Shown here in pieces: positions 55,534 through 64,000 of a stretch of 64,000 bases of DNA (the stretch's first letter is position 1; every line of letters starts with the position of its first letter). The DNA is from Cyanophora paradoxa CCMP329. Its lineage: Eukaryota; Plantae; Glaucophyta. Location: assembly GCA_004431415.1 (NCBI GenBank), contig QPMI01000590.1:1-64000 (forward strand), given 5' to 3'. The notes beneath the pieces were generated by a model that was not told the origin of the DNA, did no database searches, and saw only the letters and a list, made by a program, of their open reading frames with translations. The translations under genes and the position numbers were made by a program.

Positions 55534-58045
55534 ATGCGCGATTGGAAGCGCTGTGCCTGCCCGCGAGAATCGAGGCGCTGTCCTAGCTGCGGTGGCTGCA
55601 AGGCGAGCCACTGCGTGTGCATCGTACCAGCCTCGGCTCCAGCCCCGCCGGCTCCGGCGCGACCCGCGCTGTGCAAGTGCCGCGGTCCCGGGGCCAAGAA
55701 ATGCGAGACCTGCGGGGGATGCGCGAGGAACCACTGCGTATGCCGCGCAACGCCGCAGAACACAAGCCTGGTCGGCGCGGTCCGCGCGCACGTGGAATTC
55801 ACGACGCGCGCTGCGTCGACATCACTCACGCGCTGCGAGCAGCCGCAGGTGGCCTCCGCAGGGGCAAAGCACCCCGCGTCGACGTCGGCAGCCGGCGGCT
55901 CGCCTCGACTCCCGGCCGGCGGAGGACGGAAGGAGAAGTCGCCGCTTGTTAATGAGGCGGGCGCGAGCCGTTCTTCTGCGCCCACGCAATCCTCCAGCTC
56001 CAGCCAGCATCAGCAGCGGGCCAGCGCCGCTGGCGGTGGCGGAGAGGGCCCAAGCTCCGGCGCAGCGCGGCGGGCCTCCAAGCGAGCCCCCGACGAGGTG
56101 CGCGCGTCCCTCGGTCCCGTTCGCTCGGCGCCGACGGGGCGCAGGGCCCGTCGTCCGCGGGGCCAGCGGCCGGCAAGAGGGCCAGGCTCCGCTCGAGAGG
56201 GGCGGTGGTGGTGTGCACGTCTTGGCCGCCCGAGGTCTCCGCTCGCACGCCGACGCCGCCGCAGAGCGCGTGCGACGACGCTTCCAGCACGAGCGGGGGA
56301 GAGGGAGAGGACGGGGAGCGGACCTACCCCGCCGTCACCTGCCCCCTGGGCGAGCCAGAATGGGTACCAACCCCAGAGCCGGGGCGACTCGAGCGGCTCG
56401 GCCTGACCGGGCTGGCAGGAGTCGCCCGAGAATGGGAAGTTTGTGGCCCTACTGCGGCTCGAGCGAGGGGGCGCCCCAGTCAAGGTCCGCTCCCTTGCTC
56501 GAATCCGCGAGGAGCCTCCTTCTCAACGCGCCGCAGCTCGACATGGAGGCCAAGCGCCTGGATGTGCATACCCCCCTTTCCACCCGCCCCAGCGCCCCTG
56601 ATGCCGAATCTCTCAGGACGCCAAGCGCTTCTACGATCGCGTGAAGGCGTGTACCCCCGCCCCCCCGCGAGCCCGCCCGGCGCCCCTTACCCGCGCACCG
56701 CCTCCACCTCAAGATCGCGGCGATGGGTCCGACGCTCTTCAAGCAACTCGAACGAGGGGTAGAGGCGCGCGCCCGGGGCTCGGGGGTGCGGGTCGCTGGG
56801 ACCGTCCCTGACCCCCGCCCCGCCTCGTGCAGAACTGCCTGTACAACGAGCTGTGGCGCTACAGGCGAGCCCCCCGCACGCGTACCCCCCGCGCGCCGCT
56901 TCCCCGCCGAGCCGCGCGCCAGCAACGAGAAGTGGTACAAGGCGCTGTTCCCGGAGGGGCAGCGGGGCGGGGCGGCGCCGGCGGGCGCTGCGGCGCCGGA
57001 GGTCGGCTGGCGGGACCGGAAGCGGCCGAACGCGGCGTGGAGGCGGGAGCTGCTCGCGGAACTCGAGGGGTTGGGGGCCCTGCAGCCCGGGGGACACGAG
57101 GAGGAGGACGAGAAGGAGTACGACGTGGCGGCCATCCTCGCCCAGAGGGGGAACGTGCGTTGCCGCCCCGCGGGGCGAGGTGCCGCCGCCCGCTCAGCCC
57201 CCCCGCAGCGCTTCCTCGTCCGGTGGAAAGGCTGGGACGGGCGCTTCAACACGTGCGCGCGGGGCCCGCGCGGGTGCGGCGGGGCGCTGCCCGGGGCGAC
57301 GGGGGCGGGGCCGGGGCAGGTGGGTGGAGCGGGAGAACCTCGACGCGGGCCTTGTGGCCGAGTTCCTCGCCTCCACGTCCGCCAAGGGCACGCACGGGGC
57401 GGCTGGGGCCCCCGCGGCCCCCGCCCCGCCGCCGCAGCGGCGCGCCGGGAAGCAGCAGCGGGGGCGGGGGCGGGGGCGTCGCCGCCGGTGGCGCAGGCGG
57501 CGCCGGCGGTGCACGACAGGAGCCGGCCGCTGAGCGAGTACGCGGAGGGGGCGCGCTCGGGGACCTTATCGCCGCCCGCAAGTCCGCCGACGGGTCCATC
57601 CGCGAGGCGCGCCCCCCCCGCCCGCCCGCCCTCCGCGGCGCGCCCCCGGGCGCTCGAGCCGGCCCCCCGCGCGCGCGCGCAGGTGAAGCTCGCGCCGCTC
57701 TACGCGGACCGCTGCGAGGGCGTCTGGAGGCTGCCCCTCGTGACCGAGCTCGAGGCCGACACGACCCTCGAGCAGGTCCGCCCGCCCGCCCGCCCCGGAG
57801 CCGGATCAGCCGAAGCTTGAGGCGCCCCTCAGATCCTGGAGCGCGCCAACGGGCGCCTCGGGCCCGGCCAGGCCCCCTTCCGCCGCGTCGTCAACGCCCA
57901 GGTGCCCCCGCCAAAGCCACGCGCACCGGTGCCTTCCCATGACCCGATTGATCCGGTACCCGGCCCGCAGGGGTACGAGATCCTCTCACGCGACATGCTC
58001 TCCCACATCTACTTCCTCGACGACACCCCCGCCCTGGCCCTCTGA
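55534..58045 (+). CDS. Chromodomain protein B (2x Cys/His motif + unrecognised helical domain + chromodomain + possible ubiquitin-like C-terminus)
   Basis: Chromodomain EYDVAAILAQRGN|RFLVRWKGWDGRFNT|WVERENL; N-terminal CxC..CxxCGGC...HCVC twice; stop after YFLDDTPALAL. Confidence 0.8.
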
Positions 58046-58539
58046 TCGGCGGCGCGGAGCAGCAAGCCTGAAGAGTCGCTGTCGAAGTCCGATTACAGGC
58101 TGCGAGTGGACACGGGCTCGGCGGAGAGTTTAGGGGAAGGGGGCGGCGGAGGGAGAAGTGGGGACGGAGGCAGCAGCCTGCCAGCAGGCCCTGCGCATGC
58201 GTTGGATCACGAGGGAGCTCGGGCGCGAAGCTCGGGGAGGGCGCTGGGGGGGCCGAGCCGATCTTGAGCCGTGCCGGGCCCGTGCACGTGCCGAGCGCAC
58301 GAGGCAGCTGCAGCGAGGCCGGCGAGCCCCGCCGGCCGTGCCCCCGCCGGCTCAGCCCGCGTCGCCGATCGAGTGGACGTGCACGCCCCCGGGCGGCCCG
58401 CGCGCCGCCTGGCGCAGCAGAGTTTTCAGCGAGGGAAACTGGTTGCGTACCCCGGGGCGGATCACCTGCCCCGCGGCGTACGCGAATCCGAAGGGCGTGA
58501 CGACGACACTGCGCGTCCGGCGCGGGCCGGGGGCGCGCG

Positions 58540-59661
58540 TCACTCAAAGAGAATGTCGACGGGCGCGAGCGGGGCGCCGGCGCGCCGAGGGGGGCCCTCC
58601 TCCGCCGGCTCGAAGATGTTGCCTCCGACATCCCCGCTCGACACCGCCCGCGCGCTCGCCTGCGCCCCAAGGGTCGGCCCCAGCTCGAGTACTAGTCGGG
58701 CGGGCGAGCGGCCCAGGGGCTGGAGGCGGGGGCGTCATGCGGGCCGCGAATTCCGGCTCGCACCCGGACGCCGAAGGAGCAGTCGTGGCAGTGGTTGAAG
58801 CGGACCTGCGCGCGGGCCGGCGAGTCGAGGCGCAGCCGCCGGCGCCTTCGGCGTGGAGCATTCCGCCGCGCACGACGGGCTTGGAGTGCGGGGAGACGAA
58901 GATTGCGGTAGCGCACTCCGAGATCTGCGAGCGCGCGTCGGCCCGCACGCAGCTCCATTTGATCTATCTCTGGACGCGCCTCGTTGCCCTCGGCCCTGCC
59001 GCCGGTCTCCGCGGTGAAGCAAATGCCGTCGCCCGTCCCCCGCACGACGTTCCGCCAGATCGCCGGCTCCGTCCCGCGCCCCAACAGCGCGACCCCAATC
59101 GGCGTCTCCTTCCTCCCGCGCCCGCGTCCCTCGATGAGGCAGTGCTGCAGGCGAGCGCGGCTCCCGCCCCGGAAAATGACGCAGTGGCCCGACGCTGCGT
59201 CCCTGCGGATCGTGATGCCGTGCACGCTCGCCACCGGCGCCTCCAGCGTCAGCGTCGCCGGCGCCGGCTCCGGGTCCGTGCCGCCGCAGAGCACCGCCGT
59301 GCGCGGGCCGACGATGTGGACGTTTCGGCTTACTACCACATCCTCGTAATAGCGGCCCGGCGCGAGGAGGATGATTTGATCGTCCTCCGCGTGCAACGCG
59401 ATGTGGTCGTGCAGGCTCCAGACGGCGTCGGGCCCGCCCACACGTGCGAGGAACGGGTGCTGCGCAAGCGCGAGAATGAGCTCCATCGTGCACGTGTGAA
59501 GGTGCGGGCGTGCGTACGGCGCGCGCGACGGCGTGCCATCGTCGGCACGTCGCTCCTGCCCGGGCGCGGTCGGGCGCGGGGAGCAGGTAGAGGATCCCGC
59601 GGATTAGGTCGTCCGGCAGCTCTCCGGCCATGCAGCCTTTGTCTAGAATCTCTCCGTCCAT
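58540..59661 (-). CDS. F-box protein with right-handed parallel beta-helix (FBXO11/FBXO10-like architecture)
   Basis: F-box ELPDDLIRGILYLLPAPDRARAGATCRRWH, then DQIILLAPGRYYEDVVVSRNVHIVG and beta-helix repeats (LQHCLIEG, IWRNVVRG, GNE|ISEC). The 3' end is approximate. Confidence 0.85.
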
Positions 59662-59839
59662 TCCGCCGTTCTCTGGCAGCTCGCCGGGGGCCGCTGTGGC
59701 CGCATTCACCACTGTCACGGTGTCACCACAGTCACCTGTGAAGAGGGGTACAGCTGCAAAGAAGTCCTCGGACCCCGCCTCGCACACGTCAGCTCCTCCT
59801 CTGCTAGCACCGTGAAAGCACCCCTCCGAGCACCGCAAA

Positions 59840-62800
59840 ATGTGGAATCCGCCAGGCGGTCAGCAGCCCGGCCAGTACCGCGGCGGCCCGGACCCGTACG
59901 GCCAGGGCCCGCTGATGCAACCGCGGTCTGGGTCCGGCCAGTACGATGCCCCTCTAGCGTCGCCGGGCGTTGGACACGCTCCTTCCCTTCACCATTCGTA
60001 TTCAGCCGCGTCCGACGCGTCTGGCTACAACGCTCTGTCGGCTTCCCAGTATGGCGGCTCCCAGCTCGGCGCCGGCAACTCGCAGTACGGCCAGCAGTTC
60101 GGACAGCCGGCATCACCGCAAGGACCGGGCCAGCCGTACGGAGGCGTTGCACCCGACCGACGGGATTCCGTCACGTCCTACTCGAGCTCTCAAGGGCCGC
60201 AGCCGCTCACTTTCACCCCGACCGGTAAGACCCTTTTCTTTCTCTTTCGCTCAACCTGTGCACACCCGGCGCCGCCTCGAGAGCGTGCGCGCTGACCCCG
60301 GTCGGCCGCGAGCAGCCCAGGCGAAGATCGAGGTGGGTTCGGCCTAGTCTCGCGTCACGACGTGAAGTTCGAGCTCATCAGATATCTATCGCAGACGTGG
60401 AGGCTTGAGCAGTTCGACAAGGTCACGCGCGAGCAGATCAAGACCCTGACTGACCGCCTCGGTCCGACGCGCCCGGCTCGCCCAGACGCGTCTTCGCCGG
60501 CCCGAATCCCCCCCGCGCGCGCGCAGCCGTCGTCTCCGCGGAGCACAAGGAGCTCTACTCGCGCGTCCAGGCCACCGCCATCCCGGACGGTCCGCGGGCC
60601 CCCGCATCCCCCGCAGCTATCTTTCCCCGCGCGTGATCAAGGCCCGCGTCGCCGCAGGCGTGATCAAGATCCGCGTGTTCCGCGGCACGAACTTGAAGGC
60701 GATGGTACGTGCGCATGCCGGCGGCGCGTTGCGGGTGCCCCCCGCTGGGCCTCACGCGCCTCCTTTCTTTCTCTGCCAGGATCCCAACGGTCTGAGCGAC
60801 CCCTACGTGCGCCCACTCCTCCCTCTAAAACACCGGCACCGCCGCCCACGCCCTCGCCCCGCCGGCAGGTGATCATGCGCTTCGTGCCGATCAACAAGGC
60901 CGGCATGCTGCGCACCGCCATGGGCATGCCCGAGAGCCTCGTCGGCCAGGCGCGCCCCGCCCCGCCCCGCCCCGCCCCTTCCGCTCCGCGCCGCTGAGGC
61001 CGCTGGGTGCCGCGCAGGCCCAGCAGGAGCACCGCACCGAGGTGCGGACCGGAGACGGCCGCGGCCGCGGCCTCGGCCTCGCGCGCCCCGCGGCGCGGTC
61101 CGAGCGGGGCCGACGGGGCGGGGCGCAGGTGTGCCCAAAGACGCTGAACCCGGTCTTCAACGGGGAGAAGGTCTACGAGTTCACGGTGGAGCAGAAGCAG
61201 TGCGCGGGCCGGCCGCGCGCGGGGCGCCTCGAGAGGCCGCTGAGGCGGGGCCAGCTTCGTGGACGAGCACGGGCACGCGGTGCAGGCGCCGCGGGGCCCG
61301 CACATCGCCTTCCGCGTCATGGACGAGGACCTCGTCAAGGCCCGCCCGCCCCGCCCCTTCCGCCCCGCCCCGCCCCGGCGCGAGGCCCCCGCCCCGCTGA
61401 CGGGCCCCGCACAGGACGACTTCCTGGGGTACTTCGTCATCGAGTGGGACCGCATCGCCACGGGTGCCCCCGCCTGCCCCCCCGCCCTCCCCCGGCCTCC
61501 CCGCCCCGCCCCCGCCCCCGCCCGCGCCCCCGCCGAGGCCTGTTGGGGGCGGGGGCGGGCAGAGTTCTCGGCGCCGGGGAGCCGCGCGGTGCTGGACCTC
61601 TCGAAGCAGAAGTGGAAGGACCAGGGCGCCGGCGAGGGCTGCCTCGAGGTCCACATCAACTACGAGCGCAAGGCCCGCCCCGCTCGCCGGGGCGCCCAGG
61701 GCGGGGCCGCGCGGGGCGGGGCGGGGCGCTCTGAGCCGCGGGGGCAGGTCCCGCACACGCCGGAGACGTTCGCGGACTCGCAGCGGCTGAACAGCGTCAC
61801 GGCGGAGATGCGCCACCTCACCACCCTCGTCAACCAGAAGACCGCCCGCATGGCCCGCCCCCTCGCGCTCCCCCGCCCGCCTGCCCGCGCCCCAGCTGAC
61901 CCGCCGCCGCCCCCGCAGATCGACCTCTGCAAGACGGTGCGCGCCTCGGGACCGGCCGCCGCCTCGCCCGGCCTCGCCACGGTGGGCGCTGACGGGGCGC
62001 GGGGGCAGCGGTTTGAGCGGGCGCGGCACGACCTGGCGACCTTCGCGAAGCAGCGGACGCAGCTCTACGCGGAGCAGAACCGCCTCAACGCCGAGGCGAG
62101 CGCGGCCCGCGGCCCCCGCCCCTGCACTCACGGGGGCGGGGCCGGGGGCGGGCGGCGCAGTCGACGACGGCGGCGTCGGTGAACGGGACGCTGCTGGTGA
62201 CGCCCGTGCGCTGCGAGGGCACCAAAGCCGGCTTCAACCTCTTCGGCACCGCCGACGTCTACGTCGTCTTCCGCGTGCGCCGCGCCCCGCGGGGCGCTCG
62301 CCCGCCGGCGCGCCGGCCGCTGAGCGCGGGGCGGCGGTCGCGCGCGCGCAGGTGAACGACGGGAACCGGCTCACGGTGCCGGGGTACCAGGAGCGCGACG
62401 ACACGCTCTGCCCCTGCGTCGGCGAGACGCCCGTCTACCCCATGCCCTCCAACAAGGTCCCCGGCCGGCGGGGCGGAGGGGCGGCCTCGCCCCCGCTGAC
62501 TGACCCCGGGCAGGTGGTGATCTTCGACGAGCGGGCGGGGCAGGCGTCGGGCGGCTCGTCGCGCTGGCCCTACCCGGCCCGCGTCTCCAAGCCCTCCGCC
62601 TACCTCATCGTCGACGTCTTCCACAAGGCCCGCCGCCCGCCGCACCGCCCCGCCCCGCCCCGCCCCGCCCCGCCCCGCCGGGCCGGGCCGCCCGGACCGG
62701 ATCGGATCGGACCTGATCTGGACGCGCGCGCGGGGGGGCAGATCTCGGGGACGCCGCGGAAGCTGGTGCCGCTGGTAAACCGCTGCCTGGGGCGGGTCCA

Positions 62801-63398
62801 CATCCCCCTCCTCGACATCCTCCACCTGCCCCCCGGCGAGGCGAGCCGGCGAGAGGGCGCGCGGGGGGCCACAGGAGATGGGAAACTAAGGCGGGGGCGG
62901 GGGCGGGGGCGCAGCGGACGTTCGGGCTGGAGGGGGACCCGATGGAGGGCTTCTTCGGGTCGGACGCCACCGGCTCCATCACCCTCAAGGCGGGCCCGCC
63001 GCGCCCCGCCCGCCGCGCCCCCCCGGAGGCGGGGCCGATCCGACGGGGCGGGGCGGGGCAGTTCGAGTTCCGGCAGGAGGCGGCGGCTGCGGTGCTGCTG
63101 GACCCCGCGCTGAAGGCCTTCGAGGAGCAGGAGAAGCGCGCCACCCTCGACCTCATGCACCGCGAGGTCGGGGGCCCGCTCCCGCCCCGCGCCCCCGCGC
63201 GACCGGCGCCGCCCGGGCCGATCCGACGGGGCGGGGCGGGGCGCGCAGATCGAGTTCGTGACGGGGCAGATGCAGCAGGCGGAGGCGGACATGAAGCTCT
63301 TCGAGCAGCTGCGCCTCCAGTTCGACTCCGCCGAGAAGAACAACATGCTCGCCCGCTCCGGCACCACCAACATGCCCGTCCTGCCCCTCGCCACCTGA
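59840..63398 (+). CDS. Protein with Gly/Gln/Pro-rich N-terminus, two C2 domains and coiled coils, ~21 exons
   Basis: C2-1 GVIKIRVFRGTNLKAM|DPNGLSDPY|V...KTLNPVFN...FRVMDEDLVK|DDFLG; C2-2 GTLLVTPVRCEG..ADVYVVFR...LIVDVFHK...CLGRVHIPL. Confidence 0.88.
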
Positions 63399-64000
63399 GC
63401 GGGGCGATCACGCTCCCCCCCCCCTCCCGCGGCAGTGGGGCCTGCATGTGGCCATGCATATGGGGGCGGCGGTGGGCGGCCGGTGGCCCGCCGGCACTGC
63501 GGCAGTGTAGGTCGCGGGACTTGCCAAAGTTGTTTCTGAACCGAATTCTCGAAGTCAGATCATCGACGCAGATGAGCGTGCCTCGAGCTCCGGTACCGGG
63601 TCCTCGGCGACTCCTCGCGCTCGAGCTAGCGCTCCGGTCCTCCGGTCAGATCGATTGTTTGATCGATCAGATCCCTGCAATTCCCTGGCTTTCCCAAGTT
63701 TCCCTGTCCGCCGAGTGACGGGCCTGACGGCCGCGGGCGGAGTCGCGGACTCGCGGCCGGACTCCGGCCGCCGGAGTCGCCGGACACATGTGCATTGTGA
63801 ATAGGACACACCTGTGCAACCTGCAGCTGAACGTTAATAGTGGCTCTGTACAGAGCCGAGTCAGCCGACTGGCTTCGGATCCCGGTGGAGAGTTTTGCTG
63901 CTGTACAGACAGTACAGCAGCCTGTCAGCAGGATTCCGGAGCACGCGCGCGTGAGTTGGGAGCCACCGGAGTCTGTCTGACTCTGTCATGCTGCTGCGCT

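Noticed and set aside
30570-63460. Many long Arg/Gly/Pro/Ala-rich ORFs (e.g. 31563..33596+, 36472..37974+, 40217..43534- read as a single exon)
   Set aside because: Stop-poor shadows of very high GC DNA or intron read-through. Spliced models explain the conserved motifs.
1-64000. tRNA, rRNA or adenain protease genes
   Set aside because: No recognisable signatures by eye. A covariance-model or HMM scan would be needed to exclude them formally.

Overview
This is eukaryotic nuclear DNA from a very GC-rich, intron-dense protist or alga; I cannot identify the host with certainty. The window has three parts. (1) 1-~14.8 kb is intermediate-GC, repeat-rich DNA with fragmented orphan ORFs, tandem duplications and a G-rich minisatellite/higher-order repeat block. 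(2) ~14.8-29.6 kb is an AT-rich, intronless endogenous Polinton-like virus. It encodes an rve integrase, a Polinton-type family B DNA polymerase with an endonuclease VII insert, a frameshifted AEP-primase/PriCT-2/SF3 helicase, two AT-hook paralogues, an A32 packaging ATPase, an NCLDV-like double jelly-roll capsid, two pentons and a truncated patatin-discoidin fusion. A short non-LTR retro-insertion with a 13-bp target-site duplication follows it. (3) ~30.4-64 kb is compact host genes with short introns, many of them GC-AG: a CHORD-like Zn-finger protein, a putative glycosyltransferase, F-box/LRR, NBR1, a RING protein, YjbQ, a divergent pair of paralogous chromodomain proteins, an F-box/beta-helix protein and a double-C2 protein. 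The most unusual observation is the viral replication module. The helicase and polymerase are in frame across a single TAA, the polymerase lacks its N-terminal region and has degenerate proofreading motifs, and the island is bounded by hairpins rather than terminal inverted repeats. All gene models and motif calls were made by eye; no searches were run.
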